A stretch of DNA of 64,000 nucleotides, taken from assembly GCA_022820025.1 (NCBI GenBank), contig JAJEGF010000001.1:4422-68421 (forward strand), given 5' to 3'. The translations under genes were made by a program, and so were the position numbers. The stretch comes from Chloroflexota bacterium (GTDB taxonomy: Bacteria; Chloroflexota; UBA11872). Of the stretch, positions 18,258 to 28,236 are shown in pieces (positions within the stretch are counted from its first letter, which is position 1; each line of letters begins with the position of its first letter). The notes beneath the pieces are model-generated. The model did no database searches. It was given only the letters and a program-made list of their open reading frames with translations, and had not been told where the DNA came from.

Positions 18258-20066
18258 CTAGGCGGCGGGGACCGGTTCGGTGGCGGCGTCGGCGAGGGCG
18301 CGTTGGTATTCGCGCTGGAGGAGACGCTTGCTGACGAAGATGTCGACGAGGTCCCAGGGCAGGGGTTCGTCGGGGTCGCGCTGGCGGTGGATGTACCAGT
18401 CGAGGTCGAGGCCGGCGGCGTCGATGGCTTCGTACCAGCGGTCGGGTTCCAGGTGCTCCATCCAGCCGTCGAATCGGCAGCCGCGTTCCCAGGCGCCCTT
18501 GATGGCGCGACCAACGCGGCGATCGCCGAGGGCGAGCAGGGCCTCGATGTGACTTTCCTGCGGGTCGTGCCACATGAGGTGGATGTTGCGGTCGCGGGCG
18601 ATGTCGAAACAGGCCTGCTGCTTGGCGCGAATGGCGTCGCTGCGGTCCTGCGGGTGCCACTGAAACGGCGTGAAGGGCTTGGGGATGAAGGTGGAGACGG
18701 TGACGTTGACCTTGGCGCGCTTGCCGTGGTGGCGACGGCCGAGGGCCATGACGCGGTTGGCCAGGTGGGCAATGGCCTGGGCGTCCTCAATCGTCTCGGT
18801 GGGCTGGCCGATCATGAAGTAGAGCTTGATTGTGCGGAAGCCGCGCTGGAAGGCCATGTCGCAGGTTTCCAGCAGGTCCTCGTCGGAGATTTCCTTGTTG
18901 ATGACGCGGCGCATGCGAGGGGTGGCGGCTTCAGGGGCGAAGGTAAGGCTGCCGCCGCGCTTGCCGCCACGCTGCAGGGCGTCGGCCACGTCGACGTTGA
19001 AGGTCTCGACGCGGGTGGAGGGGATGGAGACGCGGACGTAGTCCTCGGCCGAGTCGTAGACGTCGTTAATGAGGCCGTCGAGGCCCTGGTAGTCCACGGC
19101 GTTGAGCGAGAGGAGGGAGACCTCGCTCTGGCCGGTGGCGGTGAGGCAGCGGTCGACGGCTTGCTCGACCAGGTCTTTGCGACGGTGGCGGACGGGGCGG
19201 TAGAGGTAGCCGGCCTGGCAGAAGCGGCAGGCGCGGGCGCAGCCGCGATCGAGTTCGACGGCGATGCGGTCGTGGACGACGCCGGTGTTGGGGACGACGG
19301 GAAGGCGGGGGCCGCTGTATTCGTCGATGTCGACGTATTGGCGCGCGATTTTCTCGGGCAGGTCGTCCCGCAGGCGCCGGTGGCCGAGGAAGGCGCCGTC
19401 GGCGGCGTACAAGGGCTCGTAGAGGCCGGGGGCGTAGATGCCGGGGATGGTGCGGCCGGCGGCGGCGATGAAGTCGTGGCGCCAGCCAGGTTGGGAGCGG
19501 TCAAACTCGGCGTGCAGGTTGAGCACCTGCTGCAAGAGATCTTCGCCTTCGCCGACGGCGATGAGGTCGAAGAAGTCGGCCATGGGCTCGGGGTTGGAGA
19601 CGGCTGAGCCGCCGCCGAGGACCAGGGGATCGGCATCGGAGCGGTCGACGCGCTCAATGGGGATGCCGGCGAGGTCGAGCATTTCAAGGACATTGGTGTT
19701 GCCGCTCTCGTAGCTCATGGAGAAGCCGAGGATGTGGAAGTCGCGCAGGGGGCGGCGGGATTCCCAGCCGAAGAGCGGGAGGTCGTGGGCTCGCATGGCG
19801 TCGGCCATGTCGGGCAGGGGGGTGAAGCAGCGATCGCAGAGGTGGGGGGTGTCGTCGTTGATTAGCTCGTAGAGCAGCCCCATGGCCAGGTTGGACATGC
19901 CGATCTCGTAGGCGTCCGGAAAGCAGAGCGCGAGACGGGTTTGGGACGAATCCCAGTCCTTCTGGCGCGCGTTGTGCTCGCCCGCGAGGTATTGGGCGGG
20001 CTTTTTGACGCCGTCGAGCAGGTGCTCGATGTCAACAAGCACGGGCGCGGAGGTCTGAAGTGCCAT
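18258..20066 (-). CDS. B12-binding-domain radical SAM protein (TIGR03960-like, with a DUF2344-type C-terminal region)
   Basis: It has the CARACRFCQAGY radical-SAM cysteine motif, a preceding B12-binding-like region, and a 602-aa length. Confidence 0.9.
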   Translation of the reverse strand: MALQTSAPVLVDIEHLLDGVKKPAQYLAGEHNARQKDWDSSQTRLALCFPDAYEIGMSNLAMGLLYELINDDTPHLCDRCFTPLPDMADAMRAHDLPLFGWESRRPLRDFHILGFSMSYESGNTNVLEMLDLAGIPIERVDRSDADPLVLGGGSAVSNPEPMADFFDLIAVGEGEDLLQQVLNLHAEFDRSQPGWRHDFIAAAGRTIPGIYAPGLYEPLYAADGAFLGHRRLRDDLPEKIARQYVDIDEYSGPRLPVVPNTGVVHDRIAVELDRGCARACRFCQAGYLYRPVRHRRKDLVEQAVDRCLTATGQSEVSLLSLNAVDYQGLDGLINDVYDSAEDYVRVSIPSTRVETFNVDVADALQRGGKRGGSLTFAPEAATPRMRRVINKEISDEDLLETCDMAFQRGFRTIKLYFMIGQPTETIEDAQAIAHLANRVMALGRRHHGKRAKVNVTVSTFIPKPFTPFQWHPQDRSDAIRAKQQACFDIARDRNIHLMWHDPQESHIEALLALGDRRVGRAIKGAWERGCRFDGWMEHLEPDRWYEAIDAAGLDLDWYIHRQRDPDEPLPWDLVDIFVSKRLLQREYQRALADAATEPVPAA

Positions 20067-20274
20067 GTGCCAATACTGCCCTATCGCAGCACTCCCTTCG
20101 ACACTCTATAGCCGAAACGGAATCCGATAGGCCATCACTTGCTCAGTCTTTGATCCAACCTCAAGGCGCTCGGACGGACTGGCGACGCGGGGAGACCGAG
20201 GGCCTGCGTGGCCGATGACACCCTGGCAGGCGGCTAAGATACTGCGCCCGACCACGGCCGCGAGCTTTCTATCG

Positions 20275-21525
20275 ATGCCCGATCTGGTTCTGCGTGCTTC
20301 CACGCTCATTGACGGCACTGGCGCGGATCCGTGCTACGACGCCGAGGTCGTGGTTAGCGACGGCCTCATCACTTATGCGGGCCCGGCGCGTCCGCTCGCC
20401 GAAGACGCGGACGTCGTGGACTACGGCGACGCCACGCTGATGCCCGGCCTGATCGACTGCCATTGCCACCTGCAGTTTGGCGCGTATTCGAGCCACGAAC
20501 AGACGCTGGCCGTTCATAAGTCCGCCTCCAATGAGGAACGCGTCATTACCGCCATCCAGAACGCCCAGCGGGCGCTGGCGACCGGGGTGACCACGATGCG
20601 CGACACCGGTGGCTACCGCGCGCTGAACATGCTGATTCGCGACGCGCAGCGTGCCGGGATGTTCCTGGGTCCGCGTCTGCTCGTCTGCGGAGCGCCAATC
20701 ACGACAACGGGCGGACATTTGAACTGGTGCGGGCTGCGCGCCGACACGCGCGACGAGGTGATTCGCGCCGTTCGCCAGATGGTCGAAGCGGGCGCGGACT
20801 TCATCAAGGTGATGGCCACCGGCGGGATGATGACGCCGGGTTCGCAGGCCGGGCACTCGCAATACGACCTGGCGACGCTCCGTGCGCTGGTCACGGACGC
20901 CCATCGCCTCAAGCGCCACGTTGCCGCCCATGTGCTCGGCGCTGACGGGTGTCGAGACGCCATCGATGCCGGCGTGGATACCCTGGAGCATTGCTCGTGG
21001 CTTACAGCCGATGGGATCCGCGGGCAGTCGACGATGGATGCAGAGGCCGTGGAGCGCATCGACGCGACCCACCAGTCGGTCCACATGACGCTGGCGGCAA
21101 TGAATCGCACGCCACTTCGTGACATGGCGCACCTGGACGCGTTGCCGGCCGATGAGCGCGAACGCATCCGCGCCGCCGGAGCGAATTTCCGGTATATGCG
21201 CGAGCGGGGCGTGCCGCACGTTGTTTCCACGGATGCCGGGGTCATCGATACGCCGTTCCACGAGTTCCCGCTCTCGGTCATCAGCGCCGTGGTTGCGCTG
21301 GATACCACGCCGGTGGAGGCGGTGCGCTTGGTGACCGGCGCCGCCGCGGACGCCATAGGGCTGAACGACCTGACGGGATCGCTCCGCGCCGGGTATCAGG
21401 CCGATTTGCTGGTCGTGGACGGGGATGCGGCCGAGAACATTTGCAACATCGCCCGGACGGTTTCCGTGTACCAGGGGGGTCGTGAGGTCGTGCGCAAGCG
21501 CCGCCTGGAAGTGCTGGTCAACTAA
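20275..21525 (+). CDS. Amidohydrolase-family metal-dependent hydrolase
   Basis: It has MPGLIDCHCHL (HxH) and downstream His/Asp ligands. The internal start at 20275 is preferred. Confidence 0.8.
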   Translation: MPDLVLRASTLIDGTGADPCYDAEVVVSDGLITYAGPARPLAEDADVVDYGDATLMPGLIDCHCHLQFGAYSSHEQTLAVHKSASNEERVITAIQNAQRALATGVTTMRDTGGYRALNMLIRDAQRAGMFLGPRLLVCGAPITTTGGHLNWCGLRADTRDEVIRAVRQMVEAGADFIKVMATGGMMTPGSQAGHSQYDLATLRALVTDAHRLKRHVAAHVLGADGCRDAIDAGVDTLEHCSWLTADGIRGQSTMDAEAVERIDATHQSVHMTLAAMNRTPLRDMAHLDALPADERERIRAAGANFRYMRERGVPHVVSTDAGVIDTPFHEFPLSVISAVVALDTTPVEAVRLVTGAAADAIGLNDLTGSLRAGYQADLLVVDGDAAENICNIARTVSVYQGGREVVRKRRLEVLVN

Positions 21526-21633
21526 GCCGCAAGCTCAACGGCGCCGAAGCAGTACGCGCCGCTAGTCCTCAGTGAGCGATTCCGCGACGACCATTGGCTG
21601 ATCCGCGCTGTTGGTAACGCGCGGAACTAGAGG

Positions 21634-22443
21634 TCAGGCGAAACGGAGCGGCGAGCCGAGTTGGCGGAGGAGCGCGATTACGCTCTGGGCGGCCAGGGCG
21701 CTGGTCTTGGGGTTCGTCTCACTGGGCCGGTTCTCGAGGCGCAGCCGCATGCTTCCGAAGGACCCAATCGCTTCCACCTCGTGGACGTTGCCAGGCGCGG
21801 CGGGATCGGCGACCACGGTTACGCGCAGCCGGTCCGGGTCGTCCGCAGCCAGCGCCAGCAGCGCCGCCACGTTGACGTTCTGGGGGAAGCCTCGTACGGC
21901 CTCCACGGGGCCGCCGGCGAAGATCTCGCGTGGGCCGTCGATCGTCGTGAGGTCCATACCGTGTTCGACGACCCAGGGCGCGTCGGCCAGGGCCACTGGA
22001 GGCTTGGTGGTGGTCAGGGTGATTGACTTGACTTCCCCGACCCGAGCCGCGCGCACGACGTCGAGTGCGCCGATGGCGCCGGAGGGCACCCAGATGCGCG
22101 CCCCGGACGCCTGGGCTGACGTCATCAGAGCGGTCAGAAAACCTGGGTCGAGGGTCGCGCCCGCGCTAAGGGCCACCAGGTCAACTCCCTGGCCGAGAAC
22201 CTGCGGGGCGATCACGCGCAGCGCGGCCTGTGAAGCGGCCTCAAGGACCGTGTCGAGATTGGGCCAGTCGAGGGTCGCCAGGTCGGTGTGGACGGGTACG
22301 CCGGCGGCTGCGAGATTGTCGCGGGCGGGGCTTGCCATCGGTTCGACGACGGCGGCAATTTCGACGCCCGGGGCTTGGCCCGCGCGGACGGCGCGTGCGA
22401 CTTCGGCTCCGATCGCCCCGAGGCCGGCAATCGCGAGTTGCAG
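21634..22443 (-). CDS. nadX: L-aspartate dehydrogenase (NadX family)
   Basis: The C-terminal domain matches NadX. The Rossmann motif LAIAGLGAIGAEV is encoded upstream of the first ATG (22338) with no in-frame ATG/GTG/TTG. An in-frame CTG at 22443 is the only candidate start. Confidence 0.65.
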   Translation of the reverse strand: MQLAIAGLGAIGAEVARAVRAGQAPGVEIAAVVEPMASPARDNLAAAGVPVHTDLATLDWPNLDTVLEAASQAALRVIAPQVLGQGVDLVALSAGATLDPGFLTALMTSAQASGARIWVPSGAIGALDVVRAARVGEVKSITLTTTKPPVALADAPWVVEHGMDLTTIDGPREIFAGGPVEAVRGFPQNVNVAALLALAADDPDRLRVTVVADPAAPGNVHEVEAIGSFGSMRLRLENRPSETNPKTSALAAQSVIALLRQLGSPLRFA

Positions 22444-22463
22444 TGGTGGCGCGGCCGAGCGGC

Positions 22464-23873
22464 TCAGCGTCCGTTCCGCGGCAGGGGGAGGTGGATCGGA
22501 GCGTTGATTGCCTGCCAGGCCGATTCGGCGGTGGCTTCGGCGAAGGTCGGATGCGCGTGGATCGTCTCGCGCAGGTCGTCCACGGTGGCTTCCAGCCTGA
22601 TCGCCAGGACGCCCTCGGCGATGATGTCGCTGGCGCCCGGGCCGATGACGTGCATGCCCAGGATCTCGCCGTGCGGCTGGCCGGCCACGATCTTCACGAA
22701 GCCGTCCGTGTCGCCGTAGGCGCGGGCTCGTCCCAGCGCTTGGAACGGGAACATGCCGACCTGGATATCGCCGCGTTCCTCTTTGGCTGCGTCTTCGGTG
22801 AGGCCCACGCTGGCGATCTCGGGGTGGGTGAACGTGCAGGCAGGGACGGCGTTGGGCTCGTAGACGGAGGGGCGTCCCAGCGCGTGCTCGGCAGCCACGA
22901 CGCCCTGGTGGGAGGCCACGTGGGCCAGCAGCTTGTCGCCGATCACGTCGCCGATGGCGTAGATATCCGGCTGGCTGGTCTGCTGATGCTCGTTGACGCT
23001 CACGCCGCGGGGCGAGAAGCGCACGCCGGCGGACTCAAGCCCGACGTCTGCCACGTTGGGTCGACGACCGGTTGCCAGCAGCACGTGCGAGGCCTGCACG
23101 GTCTCGGAATCGTCGTCGGCTGCCAGCGTCACTTGGAGGTGCGCATCGGCCTGTTCAATCGATTCGATTCGCGTTCCGGTGTGGACCCTCACGCCTTGCT
23201 GGACCAGGATCTTGCGCATGGCGGCGCTGACGGCCGCGTCCTCGTTGGGCACGACGCGCGGCAGCATCTCGACCAGGGTGACCTGGCCGCCAAGCAGGGC
23301 AAAGAGGGTGGCCCACTCGACGCCGACGGCGCCGGCGCCTGCCACCAGGATGTGCTCGGGCACCTCGTTGAGCTCGAACGCGCCATCGCTGTCGATGACG
23401 CCGGGGAGGTCGACGCCGGGTATCGGCGGCGCGGCGGATGACGAGCCGGTCGCCACGATGACGGACTTGGCCGTGATCAGCTCGGTGCGGTCGGCCAGCG
23501 ACGCCTCCACGGCACCGGCGCCCGCGAGGCGTCCCGTGCCCTGCAGAACCGTGACGTTGCCGGCCTTCAGGAGTCCCTCGATCCCACGTCCGAGCTGGCG
23601 AACGACCCGGTCCTTGCGGCGAACCATGGCCTTGTAGTCGGCCTCAACGCCCTTGACGCGGACACCAAAGCTGGACGCCTTCCTGGCAAGCTGAAAGACC
23701 TCCGCGCTGCGCAGCAACGCCTTGGACGGGATACATCCGCGGTTGAGGCAGACGCCGCCGAGGCCGCTGTTTTCCACAACGACGACCTGGGCGTCCAGGG
23801 CCGCGGCGCGGAGGGCCGCCACGTAGCCGCCGGGTCCGCCGCCGATCACACAAACGTCCGCCTGGAGAGGCAT
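22464..23873 (-). CDS. lpdA: Dihydrolipoyl dehydrogenase (E3)
   Basis: It has GGGPGGYVAA and the redox-active disulfide GGVCLNRGCIPSK. Confidence 0.95.
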   Translation of the reverse strand: MPLQADVCVIGGGPGGYVAALRAAALDAQVVVVENSGLGGVCLNRGCIPSKALLRSAEVFQLARKASSFGVRVKGVEADYKAMVRRKDRVVRQLGRGIEGLLKAGNVTVLQGTGRLAGAGAVEASLADRTELITAKSVIVATGSSSAAPPIPGVDLPGVIDSDGAFELNEVPEHILVAGAGAVGVEWATLFALLGGQVTLVEMLPRVVPNEDAAVSAAMRKILVQQGVRVHTGTRIESIEQADAHLQVTLAADDDSETVQASHVLLATGRRPNVADVGLESAGVRFSPRGVSVNEHQQTSQPDIYAIGDVIGDKLLAHVASHQGVVAAEHALGRPSVYEPNAVPACTFTHPEIASVGLTEDAAKEERGDIQVGMFPFQALGRARAYGDTDGFVKIVAGQPHGEILGMHVIGPGASDIIAEGVLAIRLEATVDDLRETIHAHPTFAEATAESAWQAINAPIHLPLPRNGR

Positions 23874-23939
23874 CAGGTCCGCCGATCTGACTGGGTGATT
23901 CAGGGCATTGTATGAGTGCGTCGCTTGCAGCCTGGTTCG

Positions 23940-24683
23940 TCAGGCATTGAAGTTCGGCGGAATCTCTTCGGCGTCGAAGACGCGCAGCGCCGCGTCCACA
24001 TGCTGGCGGCCGCGTCGCAGCGATATGCCGGCATGTCCTGGATAGAGCGCTTCGAAGTTCAGTTCGCCCAGACCGCGCATCGTCGCCGCCAACTCCTGGA
24101 TCGAGCAATCGGGCGTGGACAGCAACAGGATCTTGCCGCCCTGGAAGACCACGTCCCCGCCAAAGAGACCCACCCGGTCGTCGCCTTCGAGCAGGTAGGA
24201 GAGGTGCTCGCGGGCGTGGCCGGGAGTGGCGATGGCGGTCAGGCGGGCTTCGCCAACCGTGATCGTGTCGCCGCCCGAGATTGAGACGGCCGACGGGCAG
24301 GGGGCCAGCTGGTAGTCGGCCGGATAGGTGCCGCCGGCCCTGGCGCGGGGGAGCGAGATGGCTTCCTCGTCGGCCTGCTGGAGCCAGTCCGCGGCGGGAC
24401 CGGGGGCCAGGACTTCAGCGCCGGTCAATTCGTGAAGCGGCCCCGAGCCGCCGCCGTGGTCGGCGTGGGCGTGGGTGAGGGCAATGGTTTCGATGTTGGC
24501 CGGGTCAAAACCGGCCGCTCGCACGTTTGCCAGGATCAGTTCAGGTTCGAGGCCGACGCCGGCGTCGATCAGCGCCAGCGGGCCGCCGCCGTCGACGAGG
24601 TAGACGTGGCAGTCGTAGGCGTTGGACAGGTCGGCGCCGGTGGCGCCGCTGCCGACCAGGTGCACGCGCCGAGTCAGGCGCAT
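23940..24683 (-). CDS. MBL-fold metallo-hydrolase
   Basis: It has the THAHADHGGG motif. Its ATG overlaps the stop of the upstream peptidase gene (TGATG). Confidence 0.85.
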   Translation of the reverse strand: MRLTRRVHLVGSGATGADLSNAYDCHVYLVDGGGPLALIDAGVGLEPELILANVRAAGFDPANIETIALTHAHADHGGGSGPLHELTGAEVLAPGPAADWLQQADEEAISLPRARAGGTYPADYQLAPCPSAVSISGGDTITVGEARLTAIATPGHAREHLSYLLEGDDRVGLFGGDVVFQGGKILLLSTPDCSIQELAATMRGLGELNFEALYPGHAGISLRRGRQHVDAALRVFDAEEIPPNFNA

Positions 24684-25915
24684 CAGGCAGCGATTTCTCC
24701 GAAGGCCTTGCACACGCCCAAATAGACGCCGACCGCCTGCTCCAATTGAGCAATCTCGATCCACTCGTCGTTCGTGTGGGCTTGCGCGATGTTGCCGGGA
24801 CCGAGGACGACGGACGGGATGCCGCCGATCCCGGAGAGCATGGCGGCATCGGTGGCATAGGCGACGCCCAGCGGGTCGGGCGACAGGCCGGCGGCGGCAA
24901 CGGCCTGTTGGGCCGCGCGCACGACGGCCGCGTCGTGCGGCGTCTCCAGCGGGGGGATGTCCACGAAGGGTGGATCGCGGTCGACGCGGAGTTGCGGGTC
25001 GCTGGCGCAAAGGTCGTCCAGGGCGGCGTCGACGTGCTCCAGCACCTCCGCGGCGGTGTCGCCGGGGACGAGACGCCGGTCGATTTCGATCTCGCAAAGG
25101 TCGGGGACGTCGTTGACTCCGGCGCCGCCGCGGATGGTTCCGACGTTCCAGGTGGCGTTGCCGAGGACGGGGTGGGGGCGGGTGGTGAGGTGGGGTTCGA
25201 TGCCCTGGGCCAGCGCGGTTAGTGTCGCGGCCATGTCCTGGATGGCGTTGTGGCCCTGCTCAGGCATGGCGCTGTGGGCCGCCACGCCATGGGTGCGCAC
25301 GCGCCAGCGCACGGCACCCTTCTGGGAAGTGATGATCTGCAGCTCGGTCGGTTCGCCGACGACCGCCGCATCGACCGGGGGGCGTCGTTCGGCCATCACC
25401 CGTGAGCCGATCATCACGATCTCCTCGCCGACGGCGCCGGCGAGGCAGAGGTCCACAGGGAAATCCGGGTCGTTGGCGGCTGCGTGGAGGACGTGAAGCA
25501 TGGCGGCCATGCAGCCCTTGGGGTCGGCGGAGCCACGGCCGTAGAGCCGGCCGTTGGCGATGCGCGGGTTAAGGGCGTCCGGCATTGGATCCAGGCCCAC
25601 GGTGTCCAGGTGGCACTCGAACATCAGGGTCGGACGGTTGCCGCGGCGAATCCAGGCCAGCAAGTTGGGGCGGCCGGGTTCGACGTCGTACATCTCGACG
25701 TCGGCGCCGGCGGCGCGGGCCAGGTCGGCGACATGGTTCGCGAGTTCGGCCTCGCCGGGGCCGCCGGGGAGGCTGGCGTTGACGCTGTTGATGGCGACCA
25801 GGCCGGCGAGGGTGTCAGCGACGGTTGTGGTGATGGCCGGACCTCGAGTGGTGGAGCGACGGGGGAGTCTGGCACACGACGGATTCGCCGACTCACGCGC
25901 GACCGTGGGAGTCAA
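24683..25915 (-). CDS. M20-family metallopeptidase (ArgE/DapE-like)
   Basis: It has FECHLDTVG and GRGSADPKG motifs. The N-terminal start is uncertain. Confidence 0.85.
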   Translation of the reverse strand: MTPTVARESANPSCARLPRRSTTRGPAITTTVADTLAGLVAINSVNASLPGGPGEAELANHVADLARAAGADVEMYDVEPGRPNLLAWIRRGNRPTLMFECHLDTVGLDPMPDALNPRIANGRLYGRGSADPKGCMAAMLHVLHAAANDPDFPVDLCLAGAVGEEIVMIGSRVMAERRPPVDAAVVGEPTELQIITSQKGAVRWRVRTHGVAAHSAMPEQGHNAIQDMAATLTALAQGIEPHLTTRPHPVLGNATWNVGTIRGGAGVNDVPDLCEIEIDRRLVPGDTAAEVLEHVDAALDDLCASDPQLRVDRDPPFVDIPPLETPHDAAVVRAAQQAVAAAGLSPDPLGVAYATDAAMLSGIGGIPSVVLGPGNIAQAHTNDEWIEIAQLEQAVGVYLGVCKAFGEIAA

Positions 25916-25929
25916 GTACTGAGCTTCGC

Positions 25930-26952
25930 TTAGGAGTCCCGCCGGATTCCGCGCAGTTCGTGGCTGAGCTCCCGGGCCATGAGCACTCGTCCAGCTTCGG
26001 CAACCGGAAGCCCGTCGAAGAGCGCCTGATTGATGAGTTCGACGATGGGCATTTCCACCCCGAGCCGGCGCGCCAGCGCCAGGGCGCCTCGGGAGGTATC
26101 CACGCCTTCCGCGACCATGACCATGCGGGATTGAATGTCATCCAACGACCGACCCGCGGCCAACTCCTGGCCCACATAGTGGTTGCGCGAGTGGGCGCTG
26201 GCGCAGGTGGCGATGAGATCGCCCATGCCCGCCAGGCCGGCGAAGGTGAGGGCATCGGCGCCCGCCGTGAGTCCCAGCCGCGTCATTTCCGCCAGCCCGC
26301 GCGTCATCAGCGCCGCCTTTGCGTTGTCGCCGAAACGCATGCCGTCGGCCACGCCGGCTCCAATGGCTATGACGTTCTTCACAGCCCCGGCGAGTTCAAT
26401 GCCGATGACGTCATCGCTGATATAGGTGCGAAAGGTCGGCGCGCTGAGCCGCTGCTGCACCGTGCGGGCAACCTCTGGGATGCGCGCGGCCACCACGGCC
26501 GTCGCCGGTTCACCGGCGGCGATTTCGCGGGCGAGGTTGGGGCCCGAGAGCACAGCCAGGCGGTCCAGGATCCGGTCGCCGGCCCAACCGGCCACGAGTT
26601 CGCTGACCCGTCGGCCGGTCTGCGGATCGAGTCCCTTGATCCCGCTGACAATGGCGGCGTGAGGCTCGATGTGGCCGGCGACGGCCTGCCAGTTTTCATG
26701 CAGTTGGCGCATGGGCACGGTGACAAGGACGAGATCCGCGTCGCGCAGGACCGTGGCGGCGTGGTGGCTGATTTCCAGGGTGTCGGGCAGCGTGACCCCG
26801 GGCAGGAAACGAACATTCTCGCGACGAGCGGCCATGTCGTGGGCCTCGTCCGGATCACGAACCCAGAGCGCGCAGCGTTCGCCGGCTTCAGTAAGCAGGA
26901 TCGCAAGGGTTGTGCCCCAACTGCCGGAGCCGACGACGGCAACTTTGTTCAC
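25930..26952 (-). CDS. gpsA: NAD(P)H-dependent glycerol-3-phosphate dehydrogenase
   Basis: It has MNKVAVVGSGSWGTTLA and conserved GpsA core motifs. Confidence 0.95.
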   Translation of the reverse strand: MNKVAVVGSGSWGTTLAILLTEAGERCALWVRDPDEAHDMAARRENVRFLPGVTLPDTLEISHHAATVLRDADLVLVTVPMRQLHENWQAVAGHIEPHAAIVSGIKGLDPQTGRRVSELVAGWAGDRILDRLAVLSGPNLAREIAAGEPATAVVAARIPEVARTVQQRLSAPTFRTYISDDVIGIELAGAVKNVIAIGAGVADGMRFGDNAKAALMTRGLAEMTRLGLTAGADALTFAGLAGMGDLIATCASAHSRNHYVGQELAAGRSLDDIQSRMVMVAEGVDTSRGALALARRLGVEMPIVELINQALFDGLPVAEAGRVLMARELSHELRGIRRDS

Positions 26953-27202
26953 GCAGCCAATCTCGGGAAGCGACCGCGCCTAGTCTAGTGGTGGTCCCCC
27001 ATGCTCTCCCCGGGAACGCTCGTGCGGCGATGGCCGACGCCTTGCTGATCGTTGCATTCCCATGTCGTCCCAGGCTCCGTTTGCCGGTGACGGTCGCAGC
27101 GAATCCCGGTGACGCCCGGATATACTCTGGCGCCGGACATCTGAACCGGCACGGCCCGGCGGCTGCGGCACCGTTCCGCCCGCTCGCACACGGAGGCGCG
27201 CC

Positions 27203-28231
27203 TTGGCAGAGCAACAACCTGTCTCCACCAACGGCCGCGCTGGAGGCGGCGACGCTTCCAACGGCGTGCTGGAGCAACTCAGCGACGACCAGCTCCGCTG
27301 GATCTACCTCATCATGCGGCGCATCCGCCGCTTCGAAGAGACGGCTGAAGAAGCCTTCCGCGCCGCCAAGATGCGCGGGGCGCTGCACTTCTACATCGGC
27401 GAGGAAGCCACCGCCACCGGCGTCTGCGCCGCCTTGGACGATGGCGATTTCATCACCAGCACCCACCGCGGCCACGGCCACTGCATCGCCAAGGGCGCCC
27501 GGATGGACAAGATGATGGCCGAGCTCTTCGGCCGCACCACCGGCTACTGCGGCGGCAAGGGCGGCTCCATGCACATCGCCGACATCGAACTCGGCAACCT
27601 GGGCGCCAACGGCATCGTCGGCGCCGGCATCCCCATCGCCACCGGCGCGGCCCTGGGCTCCAAGCTCCGCAAGGACGGCAAGGTCACCATCGCCTTCTTC
27701 GGCGACGGCGCCGGCCCGACGGGCGCCTTCCACGAGGGCGTCAACGTCGCCGCCACCATGAACCTTCCGGCCGTATTCGTCTGCGAGAACAACCAGTACG
27801 GCATGGCCACCCACGCCGACTTCGCCAACGCCGCCGCCATCCACAACCGCGGCCCGGCCTACGGCATCCCCAGCGCCTCGATCGACGGCAACGACCTCTT
27901 CGAGGTCTACGCCACCGCCAAGACAGCCATCGACCGCGCCCGCCGCGGCGAAGGCCCCACCCTCATCGAGTCCCGCACCTACCGCCACAAGGGCCACACT
28001 GTCCTCGACCAGAAGAACTACCGAACGAAGGAAGAAATCGCCGAGTGGGTTGCCCGCGACCCCATCGAGCGCTTCGTCAAGGCCGTCAACGAATCCGAGC
28101 GGCTGGACGAGGACGACTTCCAGGCGATCGACGGGCAGATCGAGCGCGAAATCGAACACGCCGTGGCGTTTGCCGAGGCCAGCCCCTGGCCGACCGTGGA
28201 CGTTATCGAGCGCGACGTCTACGTGGAGTAA
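27203..28231 (+). CDS. pdhA: Pyruvate (2-oxoacid) dehydrogenase E1 alpha subunit
   Basis: It has ThDP-binding GDGA...N and YRHKGHT motifs. The start is a TTG with a GGAGG Shine-Dalgarno. Confidence 0.9.
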   Translation: MAEQQPVSTNGRAGGGDASNGVLEQLSDDQLRWIYLIMRRIRRFEETAEEAFRAAKMRGALHFYIGEEATATGVCAALDDGDFITSTHRGHGHCIAKGARMDKMMAELFGRTTGYCGGKGGSMHIADIELGNLGANGIVGAGIPIATGAALGSKLRKDGKVTIAFFGDGAGPTGAFHEGVNVAATMNLPAVFVCENNQYGMATHADFANAAAIHNRGPAYGIPSASIDGNDLFEVYATAKTAIDRARRGEGPTLIESRTYRHKGHTVLDQKNYRTKEEIAEWVARDPIERFVKAVNESERLDEDDFQAIDGQIEREIEHAVAFAEASPWPTVDVIERDVYVE

Positions 28232-28236
28232 CGACC

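Noticed and set aside
18249-19693. 452-aa plus-strand ORF and 293-aa minus-strand Ser/Thr/Pro/Ala-rich ORF inside the radical SAM gene
   Set aside because: They are antisense or alternative frames of a gene with a clear CxxxCxxC radical-SAM motif.
20269-21356. Minus-strand ORFs of 330 aa and 247 aa
   Set aside because: They are antisense to the amidohydrolase gene.
22230-23637. 403-aa and 214-aa plus-strand ORFs
   Set aside because: They are antisense to lpdA.
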